A stretch of DNA of 64,000 nt, taken from positions 96,001 to 160,000 of the forward strand of contig CAVXPZ010000003.1 in assembly GCA_963763775.1 (NCBI GenBank). The letters run 5' to 3'. A model generated the notes under the pieces. The model was not told where the DNA came from and made no database searches. It saw only the letters and a program-made list of their open reading frames with translations. This document shows, piece after piece, positions 1 to 10,173 of the stretch. Positions within the stretch are counted from its first letter, which is position 1. Each line of letters opens with the position of its first letter. The translations under genes and the position numbers were made by a program. The stretch comes from an uncultured Chloroflexia bacterium (GTDB lineage Bacteria > Chloroflexota > Limnocylindria > Limnocylindrales > CSP1-4).

Positions 1-2208
1 GACGCTGTTCCGGATGTAGTCGATGTCGCCACCGCCCAGGCCGGTCGCGTCGAGGGTGCTCGGGTCGAACGCCTGGGCGTTCGGGAACCGGTCACTCGTC
101 GTGTACGCGTCCTGGATGTAGACGAGACGACCGGACCCGTCGATGACGAGGTACGGGTCCTTGTCGAACTTGAGGAACGGCGCCACGCGCTCGAGCCGGT
201 CGCTCAGCGCGCGATGGAAGAGCAGCTGGCTGCTGCCGGTGATCTGGTCGCTGATGAGCAGGTCCAGGTCGCGGAACCGGAGCGCGAACAGGAGCCGCTG
301 GAGCGTCGTGTCGAGCTTGATGCCGGTGGTTCCGGTCCAGCTCGTCGCCGTCCCGACCTGGTCGCTGTCGCCGGTCGGGTAGTCGAACTCCGCCTGCTTG
401 GCCCCGACCACGACGTAGTCGGTGTTGCGCTCGCCGAAGTAGATCCGTGGTTGCGTGATCGTCGGGGCGCCCGCGACCGATTGCGGTGGGAGGTTGCCGA
501 TGAAGAGACGCGGCTGTCCCTCGTTGGTGACCTCGTTGACGGGCACCATCGCGAGACCGATCCCGTGCGTGTAGACGATGCGCTGGTTGACCCAGCCGCT
601 GGCGCCCGGGTTCTGTTCGATGGCGAGCTCGCGACCCGACAGCATCACCTGCCGTTGCGTGCCGTCGATCTGGTAGCGATCGGTGTCGACGTCGGTGAAC
701 TCGTAGTACTTGCGCACCGTCTGGAGCTGGTCGAGCGTGTTCTGGAGTGGCCGGTAGTCCCAGAGGCGGGCGTTGCGGAACGTGTCGGCGTCGTTGTCCA
801 CCGCCGCCTGGGTCACCGGCGCATTGCCGTTGAACGGCCGCTCCTCCCAGTTGCCGATGTCGAAGGCGAGTCGCGTCATCGCGATGTTGTTCGAGATGTA
901 GCGCTCTTCCTGGGCGAACTGGTTCGGCTCGACCGTGAAGCGCTGGATGGCCTCGGGGTAGAGGCGCCCGACCACGAGCGACGCGAGCAGCCAGACGCCG
1001 ATCGTGAGCCCGAGCGGCCAGATCATCCGCGTGAACGCCGCGGCGACGAGCAATGCTGCCGCGAGCCCCGAGATGACCGTCAGCAGGTCGAATGCGAAGA
1101 ACTGCGCGTTCTGGTCGGTGAAGCTGACGCCGGTGGCGAAGCCGCGTGTGCTGTAGACGAGCTCGTACTTGTCGAGCTGGTAGCCGAACGCGACCGAGAG
1201 GAGGAAGAGCGCGCCCAGGACCGCGAGATGGAGACGGACAGGCGTGGTGAAGGCGAGGCCGCTCCGTGAGGCGGCGACGAGATACCGAAGGAGCGCCAGG
1301 ATCAGCGCGACGATCACCAGCCCGTTGAAGAGGCCCTGGACCAGTCGGAGGAACGGCAGCTCGAAGAGGAAGAACGAGATGTCGCGCCCGAAGACCGGGT
1401 CCGTGACCGCCGGGGCGCCGTCCGGCGCGAACGGCACGCGATGGATCCACAGGAGCACGGTCTCCCACGACGAGGAGAGCGTGGCGGCCACGGCGACCGC
1501 CAGCAGCCCGGCCACCAGCGCCAGGGCCAACCCCGCGAGCGGCGTCAGGTCCGGGAGGTCGTCGGCCTCGAACGTGAAGGTCCGCTCGTCGCCGTACTGG
1601 CGGGCGGTCCCACCGCGAGCGCCTGCCGTGGCCTGCGCGGTCGCCTGCGCGGCGTCGTTGAATCGATCCACGAGCGACTGCAGGCCGCTCGGCCCCTCCC
1701 CCGGCGGCGGGCTCAGCCGACCGGCGACCCACAGGTCGCCGAGGAAGACGACCAGCGCGAGGATGAGGCCGACGGCGAACAGCGCCGTCTGGGCGACGAT
1801 GCGCGTCCAGAAGACGCTGTCGAACTGGACGCTCTTGAACCACAGCGCGTCGGTCCAGAGGTCGATCCCGACCGTGAACAGCAGGAGGAGCGCGATGCCC
1901 AGCGCGACGGCGATCCACAGGCCCACCCGCCGGCCCGGTCTGCCCTCCGCGCCGTCATCCGGCCCGCCGGGGCCGACGCGTCGGGGCGGACCGCCGCGGC
2001 CGCGCGAGCGCCTCGCCCGGGAGATCCGGATCGGTTCCTCCTGGGCGTCGGCGGCGTCGCCATCGCCATCGACGTCGGCGTCCGGCGAGTCGTCGTTCGC
2101 GGGTCGGTCATCGTCGTCCGACGTTGCTGTCGCGACCGTGGCGTCGCCCCGCCGGTCCGCGTCCCGCCGGCGCAGCTCGTCCATGAACGCATCCAACAGG
2201 TCCCGCAT
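1..2208 (-). CDS. UPF0182 (COG1615) family membrane protein, runs off the window edge
   Basis: Own translation from ATG at 2208: MRDLLDAFMDEL...DLWTDALWFKSVQFDSVFWTRI...DPVFGRDISFFLFELPF...NARLWDYRPL...YTHGIG...PRIYFGE, typical UPF0182 motifs. Missing from the ORF track because there is no stop in the window. Confidence 0.9.
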   Translation of the reverse strand, partial: MRDLLDAFMDELRRRDADRRGDATVATATSDDDDRPANDDSPDADVDGDGDAADAQEEPIRISRARRSRGRGGPPRRVGPGGPDDGAEGRPGRRVGLWIAVALGIALLLLFTVGIDLWTDALWFKSVQFDSVFWTRIVAQTALFAVGLILALVVFLGDLWVAGRLSPPPGEGPSGLQSLVDRFNDAAQATAQATAGARGGTARQYGDERTFTFEADDLPDLTPLAGLALALVAGLLAVAVAATLSSSWETVLLWIHRVPFAPDGAPAVTDPVFGRDISFFLFELPFLRLVQGLFNGLVIVALILALLRYLVAASRSGLAFTTPVRLHLAVLGALFLLSVAFGYQLDKYELVYSTRGFATGVSFTDQNAQFFAFDLLTVISGLAAALLVAAAFTRMIWPLGLTIGVWLLASLVVGRLYPEAIQRFTVEPNQFAQEERYISNNIAMTRLAFDIGNWEERPFNGNAPVTQAAVDNDADTFRNARLWDYRPLQNTLDQLQTVRKYYEFTDVDTDRYQIDGTQRQVMLSGRELAIEQNPGASGWVNQRIVYTHGIGLAMVPVNEVTNEGQPRLFIGNLPPQSVAGAPTITQPRIYFGERNTDYVVVGAKQAEFDYPTGDSDQVGTATSWTGTTGIKLDTTLQRLLFALRFRDLDLLISDQITGSSQLLFHRALSDRLERVAPFLKFDKDPYLVIDGSGRLVYIQDAYTTSDRFPNAQAFDPSTLDATGLGGGDIDYIRNSV

Positions 2209-2258
2209 CGTCGCGAGAGTCTAGCGGTCGCGACCGAAGTAGGCCGACGGCGACCCGT

Positions 2259-2717
2259 TCAGGGGCGGTGCAGGCCTTCGACCGCGCGGCGAAAGCCCGC
2301 GAGCACCGTCTCCGCGAGCTCCGTCTCGCGCATCGTGGCCGCGCGCGCCGGCTCGAACCGGAACGCGGCCCGCACGGCCAGCGGCGCCCGCCAGGGCCGC
2401 GTCGGATCGTCGGGCGGGGCGACCGCGCCGAGCCGAAGCTGGAGTCGTCCCGCATCCTCGAGGATCAGACCCGACAGGGCGCCGGCGACCGCCGGCCCCA
2501 GGCGCCCGAGCGGCGGATCCGGCGGCGGCCCAGCGGTCGGTGCGACGTCCCGGAAGCTGACGACCCCCTCGTCGTCGGCGACCCAGAGCACGGTCATCCA
2601 CCACCCGTCGGGACCGTCGGACGGACGCGACATCCCGGCGCGCAGGACCGTGGCGTCGATGCGGACCTCGTGTTCGCGAAGGAACGACGGGCCGGGGGGC
2701 GGGAGACGTTCTGGCAC
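2259..2717 (-). CDS. hypothetical protein
   Basis: 152-aa ORF with globular-like composition; TATCCT box 6 nt upstream of the GTG start. Confidence 0.65.
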   Translation of the reverse strand: MPERLPPPGPSFLREHEVRIDATVLRAGMSRPSDGPDGWWMTVLWVADDEGVVSFRDVAPTAGPPPDPPLGRLGPAVAGALSGLILEDAGRLQLRLGAVAPPDDPTRPWRAPLAVRAAFRFEPARAATMRETELAETVLAGFRRAVEGLHRP

Positions 2718-2766
2718 CGGGGCAGGATAGCCGCGGGACGCGATCGACCGGCCGAAGCCGGGCGCG

Positions 2767-3336
2767 TCAGGCGGGCTTGTCCGACTCGGCGGACTCGGCG
2801 GCCTCGGCAGGCGTCGGCGTCTCGGCGGACTCGTCAGCCGCCTCGGTGGCCTCGGCCGTGGCGGCCGCGTCGACGTCCGGCATGGCCGGCAGGTCGATGC
2901 CGGCTGCCTCGACGGCTTCGGCCAGCTCGGGCGGCACCTCGACGACGCGGCCCTCGGCGACCGCCTCAGCCATGATCGCCTCGTTCTCGGCCTGGAGGTT
3001 CGCGACCTCCGCTTCCAGTTCGAGGCGGAAGATCTCGCGCTTCACGGCGAGGTCGGGCGGCTCGAGCGCGTTGCCCTCGGCCTTGGTGAACAGATCGTCG
3101 TCGTCGCCGCCGGTCAGCCAGGACATCAGGCGGCTCTTGGGGCGGATCGCGGTCTGCTTGGCCCGGACGATCGCGCCGGCATCGATCGCGGTGAGGCCCG
3201 GCAGGGATTCCTCGACGCTGCCCTTCAGCGCGGCGCCGCACGACGGGCAGGTGGCGACGGTCGGGTCCGGCAGCGCCGCCGAGCACCACGGGCACACGGG
3301 GCTCGTCTCGACGTTCGCGGTCGTCTCGTCGGTCAT
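2767..3336 (-). CDS. zinc-ribbon (CPWC...CPSC) protein with coiled coil and acidic tail
   Basis: MTDETTANVETSPVCPWCSAALPDPTVATCPSCG; TAGCAT box 7 nt upstream of the ATG. Confidence 0.75.
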   Translation of the reverse strand: MTDETTANVETSPVCPWCSAALPDPTVATCPSCGAALKGSVEESLPGLTAIDAGAIVRAKQTAIRPKSRLMSWLTGGDDDDLFTKAEGNALEPPDLAVKREIFRLELEAEVANLQAENEAIMAEAVAEGRVVEVPPELAEAVEAAGIDLPAMPDVDAAATAEATEAADESAETPTPAEAAESAESDKPA

Positions 3337-3446
3337 GGCGCGAATGCTAGCGCGCCCGGTGACACGGGGAAGGACTTTCGGGTCACCTCGCGGTGCCTCC
3401 GGGCAACCGCGGGCGATGGGCGTGGGGGCCGGTACGCGCCGCCGGC

Positions 3447-5228
3447 CTACTCCCACTCGATCGTGGCCGGCGGCTTGGAGCTGATGTCGTACACGACGCG
3501 ATTGACGCCGGGGACCTCGTTGACGATCCGCGAGCTGATGCGCCCGAGGACGTCGTAGGGAAGTTTCGCCCAGTCGGCGGTCATCCCGTCCTCGCTCGTG
3601 ACCGCCCGGATCGCGACGACGTTCGCGTACGTCCGCCCGTCGCCCATGACCCCGACGCTGCGGACCGGCGTGAGGATCGCGAAGCTCTGCCACAGGCTCC
3701 GGTACAGCCCGGCGCCCTTGATCTCGTCGATGACGATCCAGTCCGCCTCTCGCAGGGTGTCGAGCCGCTCGGCGGTGACCTCGCCGATGATCCGGATCGC
3801 GAGGCCAGGTCCCGGGAAGGGCTGACGGAGCACCATCGCCTCGGGCAGACCGAGCTCGAGGCCCACCTTGCGGACTTCGTCCTTGAACAGGTAGCGCAGC
3901 GGCTCGATGAGCTGGAACCGCAGGTCCGCCGGGAGCCCGCCGACGTTGTGGTGGGTCTTGATCTTCTGGGCGGTCTTCGTCTCGGATGTCGCCGATTCGA
4001 TGACATCGGGGTAGAGCGTGCCCTGGGTCAGGAAGTCGATCCGGCCGAGCTCGGCGGCCTCCTCCTCGAACACCCGGATGAACTCGTCGCCGATGATCCG
4101 CCGCTTCTCCTCGGGGTCCTCCACGCCGGCCAGGCGGGCGAGGAACCGCTCACGGGCGTCGACCATCACGAGGTTCATGCCGAGGTCGCGCTCGAAGGTG
4201 ACCCGGAGCAGCTCCAATTCCTTCTTGCGCATCAGCCCGTGGTCGACGTAGATACAGGTGAGCCGGTCGCCGACGGCCCGATGGACCAGCGCGGCCGCGA
4301 CCGCGGAATCGACGCCGCCCGAGAGCGCACAGATCACCAGGCCGTCAGAGCCGCTGGCCCGGGCATGCGCATCGACCCGGTCGCGGATCCCGGTCACGGT
4401 CGTATCGATGAAGTTCGCCGCGGTCCAGGACGGTGCGATCCCGGCGATCCCGGTGACGAAGTTGCGCAGGACGTCGCGGCCGCGCGGGGTGTGGACGACC
4501 TCCGGATGGAACTGGATCCCGTACAGGTTGCGGTCGGGAGCGGCGAGCCCCGCGTACGGCGTCGAGTCGCTCTGCGCGGTGGCGTGGAAGCCCTCGGGCA
4601 GCCGCGTGATCGAGTCGCCATGGCTCATCCAGACCGGCTGGTCGCGGTCGATGCCCGCGAACAGGCCGTCATCCGAGGTGATCGTGACATTGGCTGGGCC
4701 GTACTCGCGATGCGACGTCGGGAGGACATCGCCACCGAGCTCCAGCGCCATCATCTGCGCGCCGTAGCAGATCCCCAGGACCGGCAGTCGGCCGCTCCAG
4801 ATCGAGGGGTCCGGGCGAGGGGCGTCGGCGTCGTAGACCGACATCGGCCCGCCGGAGAGGATGATCGCCCGCGCGCCGCGCCGCTCCAGTTCCTCGATGG
4901 TCGTGTCGTGCGGCAACAGCTCCGAGTAGACGTCCAGCTCGCGGACACGGCGCGCGATGAGCTGGGCGAACTGGCTGCCGAAGTCGAGGACGGCGACCGT
5001 GCCCGGCGCCGTCTCGGTGGCACCGCTTGGCCGGTCGTCGGCCGACCGGTCGGGCGCCGGCGCCTTCAGCGCGGCTTCGAGGTACGCCTCGACCTCTGCG
5101 TCATCCGGGGCCAGGACCCGGTGCCCCGAGTTGGCCTCCTCGCCGTGGACCGTCTTGCCCCGTTGTCTCGGCTCGTCGGCCGCCCGCCCGGCCGCCGGAC
5201 TCGCCGTCTCCTCGGTCGCCTCCGCCAT
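3447..5228 (-). CDS. guaA: GMP synthase (glutamine-hydrolysing)
   Basis: [42 protein letters not shown]-terminal [10 protein letters not shown]. Confidence 0.97.
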   Translation of the reverse strand: MAEATEETASPAAGRAADEPRQRGKTVHGEEANSGHRVLAPDDAEVEAYLEAALKAPAPDRSADDRPSGATETAPGTVAVLDFGSQFAQLIARRVRELDVYSELLPHDTTIEELERRGARAIILSGGPMSVYDADAPRPDPSIWSGRLPVLGICYGAQMMALELGGDVLPTSHREYGPANVTITSDDGLFAGIDRDQPVWMSHGDSITRLPEGFHATAQSDSTPYAGLAAPDRNLYGIQFHPEVVHTPRGRDVLRNFVTGIAGIAPSWTAANFIDTTVTGIRDRVDAHARASGSDGLVICALSGGVDSAVAAALVHRAVGDRLTCIYVDHGLMRKKELELLRVTFERDLGMNLVMVDARERFLARLAGVEDPEEKRRIIGDEFIRVFEEEAAELGRIDFLTQGTLYPDVIESATSETKTAQKIKTHHNVGGLPADLRFQLIEPLRYLFKDEVRKVGLELGLPEAMVLRQPFPGPGLAIRIIGEVTAERLDTLREADWIVIDEIKGAGLYRSLWQSFAILTPVRSVGVMGDGRTYANVVAIRAVTSEDGMTADWAKLPYDVLGRISSRIVNEVPGVNRVVYDISSKPPATIEWE

Positions 5229-5291
5229 CGTCGATCCCCGCCCTCCGCTGTAGGTCACCCGCCTGTCGCCAGTGTACCCGGGCCGGGAGGC

Positions 5292-5681
5292 TCACTCGCG
5301 GTTGCGCATCGCCTCGGCGGCCATGTCGAAGTAGCGCTCCAGCTCCGCGGCGACATCCGCCGGCGGCGACAGGGACTCGACCGCAGCGCGCATGTGGACG
5401 AGCCATCGGTCGCGCTCGCCGGGACCGATGGCGAACGGGGCGTGGCGCATCCGAAGACGCGGATGACCGCGTTCCTGGTCGTACGTCGTCGGCCCGCCCC
5501 AGTACTGCGCGAGGAACAGGGTCAGGCGGTGCCGCGCGCCGGCGAGATCCGGTTCCGGATAGAGCGGGCGGAGGACCGGGTCATCGCCGACCGCGTCGTA
5601 GAACCGTCCGACCAGGGCCTCGAAGAACGCCATGCCGCCAGCCCGCGAGTACAGGCTGACGGCGGGCTGGATGTCGGTCAC
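5292..5681 (-). CDS. truncated (2/2, group II GlbO-like) hemoglobin
   Basis: SLYSRAGG...LVGRFY...FLAQYWGGPTTYDQERGHPRLRMRHAPF. Confidence 0.92.
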   Translation of the reverse strand: MTDIQPAVSLYSRAGGMAFFEALVGRFYDAVGDDPVLRPLYPEPDLAGARHRLTLFLAQYWGGPTTYDQERGHPRLRMRHAPFAIGPGERDRWLVHMRAAVESLSPPADVAAELERYFDMAAEAMRNRE

Positions 5682-5754
5682 GTCCCCGAGTCTATCGAGC
5701 CGGATGCGGTCGGGTCGTCTGCTCGACGGGCCGTGGGCCGAGGGCTGTGATGGA

Positions 5755-6249
5755 TCAGCCGGCGTGGGCGAGGATCCTCGTGCTCGGCGACGAGCCGCCG
5801 ACCACCGGCCGGGCCGGCGGGAAGCCGCGGAAGGCGAACCGCGCGGCCACCAGCCACGTCCCGGCCATCCAGATCGCGAGGCCGACCCCTTCAGCTCGTG
5901 CCTGGCCGGCCGGCAGGGCGCTCGTCGACCCGAACGGGTCGAGCCCGGTCACGGTCACGAGCACGACATACGCCGCGGCGCCGACACCGATCGCGGCGAG
6001 GTAGCCGACGAGCCGGGCGCTCCACGGTCGGGCCCGGAGCAGCCCGCCCACGGCGACCAGGTGCGCGATCCCGAACGCGATCGTGAGGATCACGACCCAG
6101 GACCGGATGGTCGGGTCGACCGCCGCGGACCCGGCCGGGGCGAGTGCGGCGGTCACGGCCACGACGCCGGCCAGGCCGGTGACGATGGCGGCGAACCCGC
6201 GGGTGCCGCGGCGACGGGTGATCGGGTCGTAGGAGCGGTTGCTGGACAT
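5755..6249 (-). CDS. hypothetical membrane protein (paralog of 6288-6782)
   Basis: About 4 hydrophobic segments; shares LVA...RPW...GxDPF...(D/E)GxG pattern with the upstream gene; GGAGG RBS. Confidence 0.75.
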   Translation of the reverse strand: MSSNRSYDPITRRRGTRGFAAIVTGLAGVVAVTAALAPAGSAAVDPTIRSWVVILTIAFGIAHLVAVGGLLRARPWSARLVGYLAAIGVGAAAYVVLVTVTGLDPFGSTSALPAGQARAEGVGLAIWMAGTWLVAARFAFRGFPPARPVVGGSSPSTRILAHAG

Positions 6250-6287
6250 GGCGTCGGCCTCCGTGGGCTGGTCTGCTGGCAGGTCGG

Positions 6288-6782
6288 TCAGGCGGCCGCC
6301 GGGAGCGACCGGCGCTCCGGCATGGGCGAGCCCTCCTCGGCCTCGCCCGCGATGGCGAGCGCGACGAGGACGGCGCCGTAGAAGGCGATGGCCGCGGCGA
6401 TGATGCCCAGCCCGTCGCCAGCCGCGGCGATGGTGGAGCGCGACGAGAACGGGTCATGGCCGAGCGCCACCAGGACGAACGCGAACGAGCCGAACGACAC
6501 CGCGACCGTGGCGAGCGCCGTGGCGATCCTGTCCGCCCACGGCCGACCGAAGGTCAGGGCCAGGGCCGCGACGAGGTTGACAGCGGCGAAGGCCGCGACG
6601 AACGGCATGATCGGCACGAGGTCGTCAAGCAGCGCCACGTCGGATGGGCGGACGTGGACACCCGGCAGACCGGTGGCGATGACGGCCTTCGCGACGACGA
6701 TGGCGAAGGCCATGACGGCGATGGTGGTGCCGCTGATGGCGAGCAGCGCGGCGGCGGTGAGGCGGGGGATCGAGCGAGACAT
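6288..6782 (-). CDS. hypothetical membrane protein
   Basis: MSRSIPRLTAAALLAISG..., about 4 TM segments, GGAG RBS before ATG 6782. Confidence 0.75.
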   Translation of the reverse strand: MSRSIPRLTAAALLAISGTTIAVMAFAIVVAKAVIATGLPGVHVRPSDVALLDDLVPIMPFVAAFAAVNLVAALALTFGRPWADRIATALATVAVSFGSFAFVLVALGHDPFSSRSTIAAAGDGLGIIAAAIAFYGAVLVALAIAGEAEEGSPMPERRSLPAAA

Positions 6783-6819
6783 CGGGGACTCCGTGAGGCG
6801 GTGCGGGCAGTGGGCCGGC

Positions 6820-7065
6820 TTAGGCGAGCTCGTCCTCGACCGGGTCGGCGACGGCGGATGGCAGCCGCCAGGCGGGGTCGGGAGCGATGCTGCGGTCGGC
6901 CGTCTCACCGCGCCGGCGAGCGACGTCGGCGAAGAAGGCGGCACGACGATGCGAGACGATGCGAGCGTCCTTGCAGGGGCAGCCCGGGACGAGGCAGGCG
7001 CCGGTCCGGGTCGGCTCGGCGAGCGCGATCGCCTCGGTGGGGAGGCTCTGTTGTGGGTGGAACAC
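6820..7065 (-). CDS. small Cys-rich hypothetical protein (81 aa)
   Basis: GTG at 7065 preceded by AAGGAAGGAG; MFHPQQSLPTE...GACLVPGCPCKDARIVSHRRAAFFA. Confidence 0.65.
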   Translation of the reverse strand: MFHPQQSLPTEAIALAEPTRTGACLVPGCPCKDARIVSHRRAAFFADVARRRGETADRSIAPDPAWRLPSAVADPVEDELA

Positions 7066-7198
7066 GGCGTCTGACTCCTTCCTTCCGAACCTCGTCATGC
7101 GGTTCGATGGGAGGAGGATGGGCGTCGGTCCGGGTCGCCGGCATGGTCGCCCGCCTCGAAGGCTGATGGACGGATGACGAGGACCGGACCGGCGAGCG

Positions 7199-7657
7199 TC
7201 AGTCCGTCGTGGCGGCCCCCACCCGCCGCCGGAACGCCTCGAGGTCCAGTCGCGCGGCTCGCTCCACCTGCGGCTTGGCCATCGATTCGAACATCCGGTA
7301 CTTGAGGGGCAGCGCGATCCGGAGGTGCCAGCGCAGGGTCGTGCCGGCCGGGGCGGCCGCCAGGCGCGCATCGATCCCGACCGAGATCCCGTCCGCGTCG
7401 CGGCCGGCGACCGCGAACCGGGTCCCGGGCTCGATCTCCGTGACCTTGGCCTCGAGCGTGGCCGAGCGCCCCGCCACGCGCTGGTCGATCCGAAGCGCCG
7501 AGTCGCGGACCAGGGCCGCATCGGCGTCGACCCGCTGCACGCGCACGATCCCGCTGGCGATGAGCCATTCCGGCCAGCGTTCGACGTCCGCGATGGCGGC
7601 GTACACCTCGGCGGGCGGCCGCGCGATCTCGACCTCGACGTCGAGGTCGATCGCCAT
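7199..7657 (-). CDS. SRPBCC (START-like) family protein
   Basis: VEVEIARPPAEVYAAIADVERWPEW signature. Confidence 0.88.
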   Translation of the reverse strand: MAIDLDVEVEIARPPAEVYAAIADVERWPEWLIASGIVRVQRVDADAALVRDSALRIDQRVAGRSATLEAKVTEIEPGTRFAVAGRDADGISVGIDARLAAAPAGTTLRWHLRIALPLKYRMFESMAKPQVERAARLDLEAFRRRVGAATTD

Positions 7658-7998
7658 CAGGCGGCCACGATGCGTCGCAGCCGGAAGGACGGCCCGCGCC
7701 CCAGGGATTCGGCCGGGGTCCCGTAGCGCAGGATCAGGGCGCGGATGGCCCGGACATGATCGTCGCGATCAAGCGGCTCCGCGACCGCCGCGAACCGCTG
7801 CTCGCCGACGGTGACGCGACAGGCCGGCTCGGCCAGGAGGTTCAACGCCCACGCCGTGTCGGCCGACCGTGCGGCCACCAGCAGGCTGCCGTCGGCCTCG
7901 CGGACGTAGCCGACGGTCACGGGTCGGGGCACGCCGGACGACCGGCCCGTGGCCTCGATCCGCACGTAGCCGCCCCCGGCGACGAGATCGGCATCCAT
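7657..7998 (-). CDS. nitroreductase/deazaflavin (F420)-dependent oxidoreductase family (Ddn-like)
   Basis: TGRSSGVPR...W-x-x-NLLAEP motif. Confidence 0.8.
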   Translation of the reverse strand: MDADLVAGGGYVRIEATGRSSGVPRPVTVGYVREADGSLLVAARSADTAWALNLLAEPACRVTVGEQRFAAVAEPLDRDDHVRAIRALILRYGTPAESLGRGPSFRLRRIVAA

Positions 7999-8012
7999 CA
8001 CGGCTGGCGCCG

Positions 8013-10145
8013 TCAAGCGGCCGCCTTCTGGTCGACCTTCTTGCCTCGGAAGGTCCCCGTCACGTGCGTGCGGCCATCGGCATCTCGCGTGTAGTGGAGC
8101 GTGTCGCTCCCGATCGTCACGTCGAGCGCGAACGTGCCAGCGTCGTCGTTGATCTCCCCGGTGCCGGTGACCGCCAGGTTCGGCGTGAACTCGCAGGCGT
8201 TCAGGCCGATCGTCGTGCCGGCGCTCGACGGCGTCAGCGTCATCGCCCCGCCGTAGTCGCAACCGGCCGCGATCGGCGTCTTGTCGAGGCGATAGGCGTA
8301 GTCGTCACTGTTGATGATCTGGTCGTCGATCGACCGCATCAGGGCGAGGGCGGTCCGGTAGTCGGTCGCGGCGAGCGCCGCGTTCCGCACGTACGTGTCC
8401 GCCACCTCGCCGACGCACGTCGTCACGCGGGCGGCGGGCGGCGTCCCGTCGGCGATGAGCGCGGTCATCTGGTCGTCCGGGCACGCGTTCCCCCAGGCGA
8501 AGATGACATGCGGGCCGCCGACGTCCTGGAAGAAGTACGCATCGTTCAGCCGGCTGAAGATCCGCATCCCGTTCGAGATCGGCGTCGCGGGGTCGGTCGT
8601 CGACGTGAGCACGACGACGGGGTACGGCGTGTCGGTCAGCGGCGCCGGACGGTCGTTCGTCGTCGGGGTGCTCGGCCAATAGAGGCAGGGCAGGTCGCCG
8701 TAGTAGGAGGTCGCGAGCCGCAGGTCGTTGACCCCGGCCTTCGCGGCACCGTCGATCCAGGCACTGAGCCTCGCATCGGCACTCGCCGGTCGTTGGGTAG
8801 AAGGCGTAGTCCTGGCACTCGACGGCGTAGTAGACCGCGTCCGACCAGGTCGGGTCCGGGACCGGCTGGAGCGTGTCCGGGTCGACGCTGAGGCTGTCGT
8901 AATAGAGCTTGGCGAGCGGCACGAAGTCGTCGTGCGACGCGGCCGCGATCGCGCGCTCGAGCAGGGCGCGCGCGCCGCGGCTGTAGAGGTAGTAGAAGCT
9001 GCCGTACTCGAGCGCGCTCTCCGTGAGCTGGCGCGGCTGGGTCGTGCCGTCCCCCATCGGATAGTCGAACGTGATCGGACCGCTCTGCGAGCCGCGCGGC
9101 CAGCGCGTCGTAGACGGCCAGGGCGTCACCGCCGCGGACGTCGCCCTTGCAGGTGGCCTCGGCCGTACACGCATCGAGCGTCGCGACGAGCGTGTCGGTC
9201 GCGCTCCGCGCGGCCTCGGTGTAGTACGTAGGCCCATCGACGGTGAGGTCGACCGCGCCGTCGAGATAGAGCGTCTGGATCCGGTCGGGATGGGCGGCCG
9301 CATAGGTCTGCACGTACTGCGTGCCGTAGCTCTCCCCGTAGAGCTCCAGCTTGTCAGCGCCCAGGTAGTCGCGGACGGCCTCGAGATCCTCGACCGCCTG
9401 CTTCGTGGCGTAGTAGGGCAGGTCGGCCGGCGCCACGCCGGACTCGGTGACGCAGTCCGTGGCGAACGTCTGGGCGTCCTTGGCGGCCTGGTCGCGCTCG
9501 GCGGGGACCTGCGGGCGGTAGGCCGACTGGTAGAACGCGGCCGCGGCCTTGACGCACTGGATCGGCTCGGACTGGCCCGTGCCGCGCTGGTCCATGAACA
9601 CGATGTCGTAGGCGTCGGTGATCGACTGCGCGTAGTAGCTCGTGTAGTCGTCCGCCGAGGCGATCCCGCGAGTAGCCCGGCCCGCCGGTGATGACGACGA
9701 ACGTGCCCTTCTTCTCCTTCGCGGCGCGCTTCACCGCGAATGTGACATCGACGGTGTCGCCGCCGGGGGCCGCGAAGTGGTCCTTCGGGACGCTCAGGGT
9801 GATGCACTCGAAGGCGCTGCCGTCCGGGCAGGGCTTCGTCCCGACGAACGTGTACGCCGTGTTCGTCGCGCCCGGGGAGGCGACCGGGCCCGAGGACGAC
9901 CCCGGCGACGCCGACGGAGCTGCCGAACCGGTGGCCGCCGATGCGGCGGGCGAGGCCGCCGCCGATGCCGAGGCGTCCGCCGATGCTGCCGCCGACGGCG
10001 CGCTGGAGGCACTCGCGGACGGCGAGCCGCTCGGCGGGATGCTCGTCGTGTAGGTCCACTTCGGTCCGGTGGTCCCGCACGCGGCGACGAGCACGGCGAG
10101 AAGGACCGCGGGGACGGCGAGGCGAAGCGGGTGACGTGACGTCAT
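8013..10145 (-). CDS. lipoprotein alpha/beta hydrolase (TAP-like peptidase), split by about 3 apparent sequencing frameshifts
   Basis: Lipobox LVAAC, Ser/Ala linker, TGGPG, DQRGTG, GESYG nucleophile, DPATP and GGPH in consecutive frames. Confidence 0.85.
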
Positions 10146-10173
10146 CGCGGCGACCGGACCTCGTGCAGGAGAC

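Noticed and set aside
9890-10040. GCCGCCGATGC-type short repeats
   Set aside because: They encode the Ser/Ala/Pro linker of the lipoprotein; not a CRISPR or DNA repeat array.
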